A stretch of DNA of 64,000 bases from Euryarchaeota archaeon UBA256. Lineage in GTDB: Archaea > Thermoplasmatota > Poseidoniia > Poseidoniales > Poseidoniaceae. A program made the position numbers and the translations under genes. The notes under the pieces were generated by a model that saw only the letters and a program-made list of their open reading frames with translations, ran no database searches and had not been told where the DNA came from. Below, one piece after another: positions 37,450 to 45,391 of the stretch (the stretch's first letter is position 1; each line of letters starts with the position of its first letter). Location of the stretch: positions 79,024-143,023 of the forward strand of contig DACE01000033.1 in the NCBI GenBank assembly GCA_002494645.1, given 5' to 3'.

Positions 37450-37818
37450 TCAGATTCTCCTGATGGACGCATTGCTGCGGCTCTTGGATTGGGAAACAAG
37501 CCATTGCTTGAGTGAAGCATCGCTCATGGGTGTTGTCAGTTGACCGTTTTGATGCATGAGAGCAAGAGACTCTTTGAGTGCGAGTGCACGCTTGGGCTCT
37601 ACCATTGCGATGCGGGTAATCCGAGCACGCGCATCCGTTGAAAGTGCTTGGCGGAGGATTGCGTCGATTTGAGCTATCGTTTGCGCTTCTTCATGGGCGA
37701 CTTCCTCGGCCTGCAATTGTTGCATGGCCTGTTCTTGCAGTTGATCTTGCATTTGTTGGAGGCGTTGAGCACGGATGGCAGCCAATTCATCATCTTGGTT
37801 TGCTGCCATTGCGGTCAC
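37450..37818 (-). CDS. PDCD5/TFAR19-type DNA-binding protein
   Basis: Gln/Glu-rich N-terminal helix followed by [23 protein letters not shown]. This family is a typical neighbour of S19e and L39e in archaea. Confidence 0.85.
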   Translation of the reverse strand: MTAMAANQDDELAAIRAQRLQQMQDQLQEQAMQQLQAEEVAHEEAQTIAQIDAILRQALSTDARARITRIAMVEPKRALALKESLALMHQNGQLTTPMSDASLKQWLVSQSKSRSNASIRRI

Positions 37819-37834
37819 CTCCTCAACTCCCTAT

Positions 37835-38326
37835 TCAGTACTTGGAAAGGCCAGGATATTGTGCCTCAGTAATCTCACGAACGGAATGCGCAGTATTGTC
37901 GACAAGTTTCTGTCCAGCTGCAGTAATGCGTCGTCCAGCATAGAGTTGAACTGGACCGTCTTCCCCTTCAACGACTTTGGTTGGAACCTTCTCAACCAAT
38001 CCCGCTTCCTCAAGTTGTTGAAGAGCAGTGCGAATGATGTGGCGTGATGCGACCCCAGGTGTGTTCGGGCCGACGCCGTTATCCTTCTTTCCGCCAAAGG
38101 ACTGTGCCAAGTTGGTGACTCCAAGAGGGCCATTGCGAGCGATTTTGCGGAGGATAGCCGCCGTACGTTGGAACCACCAATCTTCCTGAGCAGGAGGGCG
38201 TTCTCGGTCCACTGCAGTCTTGACATATTGTGCCCAATCAGGCATTGAAACAGCGTCTTGTTCAGCCATAGCAAGTGCTAGGGCGGGGTTGAAAATCTCA
38301 GCAGGTATGTCATAGACGGTCGTCAT
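37835..38326 (-). CDS. rps19e: ribosomal protein S19e
   Basis: TVYDIPAE..PDWAQYVKTA..RHIIRTALQQLEEAGLV. ATG (MTTVYD) is at 38326. Confidence 0.9.
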   Translation of the reverse strand: MTTVYDIPAEIFNPALALAMAEQDAVSMPDWAQYVKTAVDRERPPAQEDWWFQRTAAILRKIARNGPLGVTNLAQSFGGKKDNGVGPNTPGVASRHIIRTALQQLEEAGLVEKVPTKVVEGEDGPVQLYAGRRITAAGQKLVDNTAHSVREITEAQYPGLSKY

Positions 38327-38360
38327 AGCGAAGCACCAAGCAACATTGCGACCGTCCGCC

Positions 38361-38370
38361 CCTATATGAA
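38361..38370 (-). promoter_or_regulatory. TATA-like box TTCATATAGG upstream of the S19e operon
   Basis: Lies 35 nt before the S19e ATG. The identical 10-mer occurs upstream of the SRP RNA. Confidence 0.45.
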
Positions 38371-38403
38371 AAGAACGGGTCAACCAATCCAATAAATTGG
38401 CTC

Positions 38404-39333
38404 ATGGAGTCCGTTTCAAGGTTCAATATACAAGCCTTGATGAATACCCGCCTGCTGGAAAGGGTAATGAAGAAGGCTTTGGCACAGAATCCCAATCTGC
38501 TTCGAACCCTCATTGGGTTGTCAGTTACGCTCATTTTCATGCTCTCATATGCCGTTTATGGCGCTACTGTTTCTCCTTCTGTTTACATCTATCAAACAGA
38601 AGCCTCCGTCGATGAGTATGATGCATCACAGGCTGATGAAGATATCGAACGGAGTTACGACCAAGACACGAACACGACGACGTGGGCTTGGCAAGTCTTC
38701 GCTGATGGCGCAAACCTGACATGGGTAAATGTTACCGCTTCTGATTTATCTGACGGGGCTATCCTCAGGGTGACCAGTATCGCCATGCTTTACAGCCATG
38801 AGTTACTGGGAACGACCTATGATTTGGAAAATCCTCTCGAGGAAGGTTTCTCTTGCGCAGAATTGTGTTTCCACAACACTTCACACGAGCGTACGAGCCC
38901 AGATGGTGACGATCTAACATTTTACGGGTTGACATCAGTTGATCCCGCACGTCGTTCCAACGGCTCGGTTTTCGCACAAGACATCGCAGAGGCCGAAGAG
39001 AAATCCAGAGAGATGATTGAATACATGCACTCCCCATCCATCCTCAGGATCGAGGTTATAGAACAGGGAAACCGAACTACACAGCCCGTCATTACCGCTC
39101 TAACGGTGAATGAGGCTTTTTCCAGCGTCGAAGTATTCTCTGTTGATGCAGCGACAGAATTTCTTTGGGCTTTAGCAGCCGTTGTAGGTTGTTTTTCGAT
39201 GGTATTGATTCCTTCATTTACCGTGTACTTTGCAGCACGCGCAAAAGAAAAGAAGACGGAAGCAAAACTTGCTCTGGCTCAAACGGAACTTGAAGGGGTG
39301 TTCAATAGTGAGCAATCCGCTGGCGAAAAGTGA
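38404..39333 (+). CDS. bitopic/two-anchor surface protein, unknown family
   Basis: Basic N-terminus plus helix LLRTLIGLSVTLIFMLSYAVYG. An Asn/Thr/Asp-rich ectodomain carries N-x-S/T sequons. C-terminal helix FLWALAAVVGCFSMVLIPSFTVYF and a Lys-rich tail. Confidence 0.6.
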   Translation: MESVSRFNIQALMNTRLLERVMKKALAQNPNLLRTLIGLSVTLIFMLSYAVYGATVSPSVYIYQTEASVDEYDASQADEDIERSYDQDTNTTTWAWQVFADGANLTWVNVTASDLSDGAILRVTSIAMLYSHELLGTTYDLENPLEEGFSCAELCFHNTSHERTSPDGDDLTFYGLTSVDPARRSNGSVFAQDIAEAEEKSREMIEYMHSPSILRIEVIEQGNRTTQPVITALTVNEAFSSVEVFSVDAATEFLWALAAVVGCFSMVLIPSFTVYFAARAKEKKTEAKLALAQTELEGVFNSEQSAGEK

Positions 39334-39344
39334 AGCCATTGCTC

Positions 39345-39353
39345 TCATATAGA
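39345..39353 (+). promoter_or_regulatory. TATA-like box TCATATAGA before the giant surface-protein gene
   Basis: Lies 14 nt before the first ATG and about 29 nt before ATG 39382 (MRRILPLF..). This is compatible with a leaderless transcript. Confidence 0.3.
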
Positions 39354-39366
39354 TTGACTGTCCTCC

Positions 39367-42300
39367 ATGTCAATGAGGGACATGCGCCGAATCCTACCTC
39401 TTTTCCTCGTCATCATGATGATGGGCTCTCCCATTGCAAACGTAGATTGGCTTGAAGAAAGGACGTCCATGCAGAGTCCGAGAAATTCCACGGGGGTGGA
39501 TGTTCGGGTCACAGATATATCGGTTGCATACACGAACAGTGGGGATGAAGACAATTACAGAATGTTCTCGTCAAATCATCCAATTTTGGGTTTCAATCGA
39601 CCTGCAGAACTCTATGTGATTGATTCGATGGTTAACGTGTCGACAACATTGACTGTGACAGTAGAAAATATCGGTACTTCTTCTTCTGGTGTTATCGATG
39701 TGAATGTGGTGTTACTCCACAATGAATATTCTTACTTTGAATTCGTTAATAGTACAGTCCAAATGGCTACACTTTCATCTGGCTCCAGCAATACCGCTGA
39801 CCTCGTCATCATTCCGACATATGCGGGGAACCATACACTGATCATGCGTGCGACGTCTACGGTATCTGATGATGTGCCAAGCAATGATGCAATGTCACGA
39901 GGTTTCGCAGTTGGATATGATTACTTCAATTGCGATGCTACGACACAATGGACAGTAGGCTCGGGTTGGACGCTCAGTACTGACACCTCAATTTCAAAGG
40001 GACGAAGTTGTCATGCTGGCAACGGTCAAATGTCAACATACAACAACAACGCGCTCTCCGTCATGACTACACCTGTGATGGATTTATCAGACGCTATTAG
40101 CAACCCATTGCGTACAAATGGTATTTCATTCTACTACACTGGCAGTACGGCAGCGAACGACAAATTGACAATTTTAGGACTGAATGCTTTTGGAGCGTGG
40201 TCTGAAATTGGTTCTATCACAGGGACTGTTGACCAAGATTTCTTGGACGGAGCAAATTGGAATACATTCAGTGTCAGCAACAAAGGTGCCGTTTCACCAC
40301 TTCTTCCTGTTGCAGCAGAGCTCTTCCATTCATCTAGTCAATTCAAATTTGAATTTACGTCGGATGCAAGCGGAACGGACATAGGTTTCTACATCGATGA
40401 TATTGTCATCTTGTACGACCAGAAGGTGCGAATGGCAGATTACAACGTATCTGCGCAAGGCACTGGCATCAACGGGGCGATCCCCGGTGAATGGGGAAGC
40501 ATCAGTATTGAAATAATGAACACCGGTAACATTTCAGAATATTTCATCCCAGAAATTCTCGGTCTACCCAGCGGATGGGAGGCGTATTACGCCCGTCCAT
40601 CTGGCACCAGCCTGGACCCTCTTGAAGGTCTCATGACCATTCCAGGAACTCCTACACCGTTTCAAATTAAGATAAAACCAGATGCAAATGCCAGCATAGG
40701 ATTTCAACAGATGAGCGTGTCCATTCGCTCAGTACAGTATTCAAGCATCTCAACGGTTGTACCCGTACAATTCTTAGTCATGGCCGATAGGATACCGGTG
40801 ATCCTGCCACCAGATGTACGCCCGAGTTGCCCCCCTTCCTACACGTGTACGTTTGAGGTTGGCGTAACCAATGAAGGTGATGCTACTGACGTGTTTGATA
40901 TTACCTTGGATACGGGCACCTTACCCAACGGTTGGTCTGTTGGACTCGCTTGGTCTCAATCATCATCTGTCCTGTTAAGGCCAGACGATGTGCTGAATGT
41001 TTTGATGACCATGACCGTCCCAGTGGATGCTGCCCCAGATACGATTGTGGATTTTGAATTTACACTCGCAGCGCAAAACGATTCATCTCGGTCGACTTCT
41101 GTAGACATCCCTATTTCGGCTTCCATGATCAGTGATGCTTCTGTCATGTTGATTACCGATGTTGGCAGCGATTGGTACTTTGTGGACGCGGGAGATTCGA
41201 TCGTCCTCGAATACATGATTTGGAACAATGCAACCCGACAGGATATTTTTTCGATGAGCGTGACGGTAGAAGATGAGGGTCAATGGGTTGTGCATCAACC
41301 AACTCGTCCAGACGCAGTGCTCAACTCAGGCATGTCAACCACCTTCAAAGTGATCATCGATGTTCCCGCAAATGCTATTGCAGACGACAGAGGACCAACT
41401 CTCACACCTGTCATTGAATCTCAACGCAGTTTCATGACGGTAGAGGGGGCCTCCTATGATGGAATGCGCGTGACTACCAGTCACGATGTTGTATTGACGC
41501 TAGGTGAAACCCCGTCCAAACTCACTCCAAGTATACCCAATGCAGTGGAATTAAAATTGGAAAACAATGGAAACGGGCCGACACAAGCCGAAATCATCCC
41601 CGAAAGTATTCCTGACACATGGTCGTGGTGGCTCACCATTGATGGCGAAGAACACACTGGACCAATTGACCTCAGTGTATCTTATGACTTGTTGCACACC
41701 AAAAATGTGACATTATGGCTCATGCTTCCGATGTCAGAAGCAGCAGGAGAACTCCATAGCATTACTGTAGAAGCAACATTACTGGGTGAAAACACGGACA
41801 CACATCCAAGTAACAACGTAGTTGAGGTTTTAGCGGCTACTGGGTCTGTCCGCCAACCCTCCTTGGGTGAGTCCTCGAGCAGCACATCAACCATGGCTAG
41901 TGGTATGTTTTACGCAGAGACGGTCTTATTTAATGATGGGAATGCGGTTGAAAATCGCCTCAGTGTTATGGCAACAGTATCTTCATCCCCTCCCACCGTT
42001 GGCCTCATTCCTTTCTTTACCATCGACGGTGGTCAACGAGTGATGGGGTCGGAAGTTGATCTTTTGATTCCCGCTGGAACAAATGTGACGCTGAGAGTTG
42101 AGGTGATCGTTCCTGCCGACACCCCTCTCAACACTCAATTTGTTGTCCGATTTGTTGTCCTTGGTGCAGTCGATGAGCAAGATTTACCAATTGTACTCGT
42201 TGATGAATCAATGATTCTACTTGACCAACAACGCAGCATGACCATGACTGCGATGTCAACAATCGATGGATTGATTGACTTTGGAACTGCTGCGAGTATT

Positions 42301-42942
42301 TGGGTGAATCACACATCAACATCTACGATAACAGAACAGTACACTCTCACAGCATCCACCGAGGATGGATGGCAGGTGACATGTGACAAGCGCTTGCTCA
42401 ATTCTACCGGGGCTCAACTCGAGGCGACACCGGGGCATATCACACCACAATTTCAACAAAAACGCTGTGAGGTACTCAACCTCAATGGACCGCTTGAAGG
42501 TGAAATCTTATTCCAAGTCCGAAGCCTTGACGGCGTGCTTGATTCAAGTCAGGTTGTTGCATTGACCTTTGAGGAGCCACCTCAAAGTGATTCAATGAAT
42601 TCCCTTGTGATGGTGGGTGGTGGTGTGGGTGGAATCGTCTTTATTGCCCTCCTCATATTCATGTTACGGGGAAGAGAACACCAACATGATGAATCAATGG
42701 ATATGGATCAGGATGAGAACGATGTGAATGTTGTTGCTACTGCAGGACCTCCGACGAGCGATCGAATGAACGGACCACCAGGTAGCGTTGATTCTCCCGC
42801 TGAACAAGCATCCACACAAATTTCAGAAGTGGCAGGTGCTGTAAAATCTGTGCCTCCGCTGCCTCCGTCAGGCTTGCCTCCAGGGTGGAGTGAAGAACAA
42901 TGGACCTATTACGGTCAGCAATATCTTGATGGCACATTGTAA
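39367..42942 (+). CDS. giant (1191 aa) secreted, C-terminally anchored surface glycoprotein-like protein with CARDB/NEW3-style beta-sandwich repeats
   Basis: Signal peptide MRRILPLFLVIMMMGSPIANV. Repeat cores TVENIGTSSSGVIDVNV, IEIMNTGNISEYF..LPSGWEAYY, VGVTNEGDATDVFDITL..LPNGWSVGL and LKLENNGNGPTQAEI. Many N-x-S/T sequons. Helix VGGGVGGIVFIALLIFML. Pro-rich tail ending LPPGWSEEQWTYYGQQYLDGTL. Confidence 0.85.
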   Translation: MSMRDMRRILPLFLVIMMMGSPIANVDWLEERTSMQSPRNSTGVDVRVTDISVAYTNSGDEDNYRMFSSNHPILGFNRPAELYVIDSMVNVSTTLTVTVENIGTSSSGVIDVNVVLLHNEYSYFEFVNSTVQMATLSSGSSNTADLVIIPTYAGNHTLIMRATSTVSDDVPSNDAMSRGFAVGYDYFNCDATTQWTVGSGWTLSTDTSISKGRSCHAGNGQMSTYNNNALSVMTTPVMDLSDAISNPLRTNGISFYYTGSTAANDKLTILGLNAFGAWSEIGSITGTVDQDFLDGANWNTFSVSNKGAVSPLLPVAAELFHSSSQFKFEFTSDASGTDIGFYIDDIVILYDQKVRMADYNVSAQGTGINGAIPGEWGSISIEIMNTGNISEYFIPEILGLPSGWEAYYARPSGTSLDPLEGLMTIPGTPTPFQIKIKPDANASIGFQQMSVSIRSVQYSSISTVVPVQFLVMADRIPVILPPDVRPSCPPSYTCTFEVGVTNEGDATDVFDITLDTGTLPNGWSVGLAWSQSSSVLLRPDDVLNVLMTMTVPVDAAPDTIVDFEFTLAAQNDSSRSTSVDIPISASMISDASVMLITDVGSDWYFVDAGDSIVLEYMIWNNATRQDIFSMSVTVEDEGQWVVHQPTRPDAVLNSGMSTTFKVIIDVPANAIADDRGPTLTPVIESQRSFMTVEGASYDGMRVTTSHDVVLTLGETPSKLTPSIPNAVELKLENNGNGPTQAEIIPESIPDTWSWWLTIDGEEHTGPIDLSVSYDLLHTKNVTLWLMLPMSEAAGELHSITVEATLLGENTDTHPSNNVVEVLAATGSVRQPSLGESSSSTSTMASGMFYAETVLFNDGNAVENRLSVMATVSSSPPTVGLIPFFTIDGGQRVMGSEVDLLIPAGTNVTLRVEVIVPADTPLNTQFVVRFVVLGAVDEQDLPIVLVDESMILLDQQRSMTMTAMSTIDGLIDFGTAASIWVNHTSTSTITEQYTLTASTEDGWQVTCDKRLLNSTGAQLEATPGHITPQFQQKRCEVLNLNGPLEGEILFQVRSLDGVLDSSQVVALTFEEPPQSDSMNSLVMVGGGVGGIVFIALLIFMLRGREHQHDESMDMDQDENDVNVVATAGPPTSDRMNGPPGSVDSPAEQASTQISEVAGAVKSVPPLPPSGLPPGWSEEQWTYYGQQYLDGTL

Positions 42943-42954
42943 GGAGGACCCTTT

Positions 42955-43128
42955 GTGTCGTCCTATCCCACCGCATGGTACCTCTTGTGGGTTGTTGTGG
43001 CATCATGCGGAGTATTGACCTGGTATCTTCGGAATTTCACTGAGCGGATTCAGGCCACACGAACCGTTGCCCTACTTGGGACAGCATCCATGCTCACTCT
43101 GTTGTCATGGACATGGATGGAATTTTGA
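42955..43128 (+). CDS. 57-codon two-helix membrane peptide; not in the ORF track
   Basis: GTG lies 7 nt after AAGGAGG and 12 nt after the upstream stop. Helices AWYLLWVVVASCGVLTWYL and VALLGTASMLTLLSWTW. The stop is 4 nt before the next ATG. Confidence 0.4.
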   Translation: MSSYPTAWYLLWVVVASCGVLTWYLRNFTERIQATRTVALLGTASMLTLLSWTWMEF

Positions 43129-43132
43129 GGTG

Positions 43133-43642
43133 ATGATCGTGGAATTGTCAGGTCTTGAAACACATGCCCTCGCATTACAATACCCCTGCCGTTTACCAGT
43201 TTGGTGGGCTCGCCATGGCGAAGTCGCAAAAGACCCACACATTCGGGGCGTTAGTGGTAGAAATATTACCATTCGAATTCAGAAAAATTTCAAACGCTTT
43301 GAAGGATTGATGGCACGAGTACTTCGTGCCCCTAAGGAGTTGCGCAGACCATTGGACACGATGAATAGCATGTTGTGGGAACTCTGCGATGGAAGCCGAA
43401 CATTTGTAGAAATCTGCACGGTCATGAATGACGTATTCCAAGAAGAAATTTCCCCTGTTGTGCACCGAACGGCACAAGCATTAGGGCTTCTTCAAAATCA
43501 CCAACTTGTCCTCATGTTAGCTGAGCCCTTAGACGGCAGATGGTCTGTTCGACCCGGTGTTGTACCAAAGAACCAGGAGTTAAGTGAACTCAAAGAAGGT
43601 CATGACTACGACCTCGCAGCATTAGACGGGGAAATGCCCTGA
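43133..43642 (+). CDS. PqqD-family (RRE-like winged helix) protein with N-terminal extension
   Basis: LDTMNSMLWELCDGSRTFVEICTVMNDVFQEEISPVVHRTAQALGLLQNHQLV fits the PqqD pattern. ATG 43133 is preceded by GAGGTGA. Confidence 0.55.
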   Translation: MIVELSGLETHALALQYPCRLPVWWARHGEVAKDPHIRGVSGRNITIRIQKNFKRFEGLMARVLRAPKELRRPLDTMNSMLWELCDGSRTFVEICTVMNDVFQEEISPVVHRTAQALGLLQNHQLVLMLAEPLDGRWSVRPGVVPKNQELSELKEGHDYDLAALDGEMP

Positions 43643-43975
43643 ACATGCAGGAATATCCTTCAAATTTTCCAATGGACGAGCGATAACAACTGTTTGACCG
43701 TCATCAACAATCGGCCGTTGTAACGCATCCGAATTCAATACTAGAAAATTGATGATATCATCCATGCTTGAATCTCGGTCCAAAGGAATATCTCTATTCA
43801 GGCGGATAAAGTCCACAGGAGGGTGATTCGACCGCTCCATCAAATCTTTGAGTTCTCCTTTGGTTGGTGGGTTTTGGTGGTAGTCGATCACTGTCACGGA
43901 CCCGATGGACTGAATCAGTGACAATGCTTGTCGCGATTTTGAGCATCGTTTGTAGTGGTAAATCCGTAATGACAT
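43622..43975 (-). CDS. ArsC/Spx-family glutaredoxin-fold protein
   Basis: IYHYKRCSKSRQAL .. LQRPIV. Confidence 0.8.
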   Translation of the reverse strand: MSLRIYHYKRCSKSRQALSLIQSIGSVTVIDYHQNPPTKGELKDLMERSNHPPVDFIRLNRDIPLDRDSSMDDIINFLVLNSDALQRPIVDDGQTVVIARPLENLKDIPACSGHFPV

Positions 43976-43986
43976 CTCTGCTCACC

Positions 43987-44730
43987 TCAATGTGCCTCTT
44001 CAGTAGGCTCCCATACAAGCCGTAAACCGAGTCCATCACTTGTTTTTGTACGTGCAGCATAGCCTCTGGCAGCGCTACGAGTGGAATCGCTTTCGGTAAA
44101 CCAGGAACCGCCTTTTACAACGAAGCGGGATGAAGCATCATTGTAGGGTTGTTGAGTCCGAGGCGATTGGAAATCGGGTGCCCAATGGTCACTGCACCAT
44201 TCGTTAACAAGACCATTCATATCATGAAATCCCCACGGGTTCATTTTTTTCAATCCTACTTCTCTGGTTGAACCACCTGAATTCCCGGCATGCCATCCAT
44301 GTTCATCGAGGTCTGTATCGCGGTCGCCAAACCACCAGCGACCCGTGGTTCCAGCTTTAGCAGCATATTCCCATTCCGACTCAGTGGGCAGTCGCCAACG
44401 ACCCACAACACCGAGTCGTTGTGTCCCATGTTCACGCTCATTTAATCGCTCTAGAAAAAGAAGAATATCGTCTAATGAAATACATTCCACCGGCCGAAGG
44501 CCTGCACTCCATCCTTCTTGGAATCTGGATGGATTGTTATCCATCAAATCACTCCACTGTGCCTGGGTAACGGGTCGCTCGCCAAGAAAAAACGGTTCGG
44601 TAATCTGAACGAGATGTTGAGGTGATTCACGAGGAGAACCTCGAAGTGTCCCCATAAGAAATTCTCCCGGCTCAACCAGACAATATTGTGCACCCCACTG
44701 GTCGGTAAAGCGCGGCTTTTCGGCCTCCAT
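43987..44730 (-). CDS. formylglycine-generating-enzyme (FGE-sulfatase/DUF323) family protein
   Basis: WRLPTESEWEYAAKAG, NPWGFHDMNGLVNEWC, VVKGGSW and GLRLVW. ATG 44730 avoids overlap with the upstream gene; 44814 is the longest option. Confidence 0.85.
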   Translation of the reverse strand: MEAEKPRFTDQWGAQYCLVEPGEFLMGTLRGSPRESPQHLVQITEPFFLGERPVTQAQWSDLMDNNPSRFQEGWSAGLRPVECISLDDILLFLERLNEREHGTQRLGVVGRWRLPTESEWEYAAKAGTTGRWWFGDRDTDLDEHGWHAGNSGGSTREVGLKKMNPWGFHDMNGLVNEWCSDHWAPDFQSPRTQQPYNDASSRFVVKGGSWFTESDSTRSAARGYAARTKTSDGLGLRLVWEPTEEAH

Positions 44731-44740
44731 GAGATCGCCG

Positions 44741-45286
44741 TCACCGTAGTTTGGTTGAAGTCTCAAGAACGGAAGTGACCAGCGCAACCAGGCGTTCGTT
44801 GAGAGCTTCGTCATTTAATGTTCCATTGTCGTCAAATGCTTCCTTGACATGACCAATCGCTAATTGCTCTGGAACTGGCCATGCGTGTAACCAACGAAGC
44901 GCAATGCGCATGTGATTGAGTGTATTTGAATTGGTAACGCCTCCTAATGTCGACATTAATCCGAATACTTTGCCACCTACATGTTTGTCATACATCCAAT
45001 CAAAGGTGTTTTTCATGACACCTGACATGGTGCCGTGATATTCAGGCGAGGCTACAAAGAATGCATCCGTCTCAAGAAGGAGATTCTGAAATTCTTGCAC
45101 GTTGGGGTGGTTCCAACATCCATCCTCTCCCACCAGAGGGAGTGGTTTTTCTGCTAAATCCCAAAACATGATTTCAGCACCTTGCTCTTCTGCGATTGCT
45201 AATGCACGGGCTACAAGCATCCCGGATTTCGATGTCGTACGGTATTCACCCGAAAGTCCCAAGACTTTCAATTTCTTGACTGTCAT
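44741..45286 (-). CDS. NADPH-dependent FMN reductase family flavoprotein
   Basis: KVLGLSGEYRTTSKS and VASPEYHGTMSGVMKNTFDW. Confidence 0.85.
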   Translation of the reverse strand: MTVKKLKVLGLSGEYRTTSKSGMLVARALAIAEEQGAEIMFWDLAEKPLPLVGEDGCWNHPNVQEFQNLLLETDAFFVASPEYHGTMSGVMKNTFDWMYDKHVGGKVFGLMSTLGGVTNSNTLNHMRIALRWLHAWPVPEQLAIGHVKEAFDDNGTLNDEALNERLVALVTSVLETSTKLR

Positions 45287-45391
45287 GCTCCTTGCAATGC
45301 CACTTACTCTTTGAATGTAGGCTTTGAAGTTGAAGACAAAAAGAAGCAAGGCTTATGCGGGCACCTTGAGTGGTAGGGGTGCGGTGATTCA

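Noticed and set aside
42955-45286. RiPP biosynthetic cluster around the PqqD-like gene
   Set aside because: No radical-SAM, YcaO, lanthipeptide or other maturase is adjacent, and no protease/exporter pair either. The FGE-family, ArsC-family and FMN-reductase genes are on the opposite strand in a separate operon.
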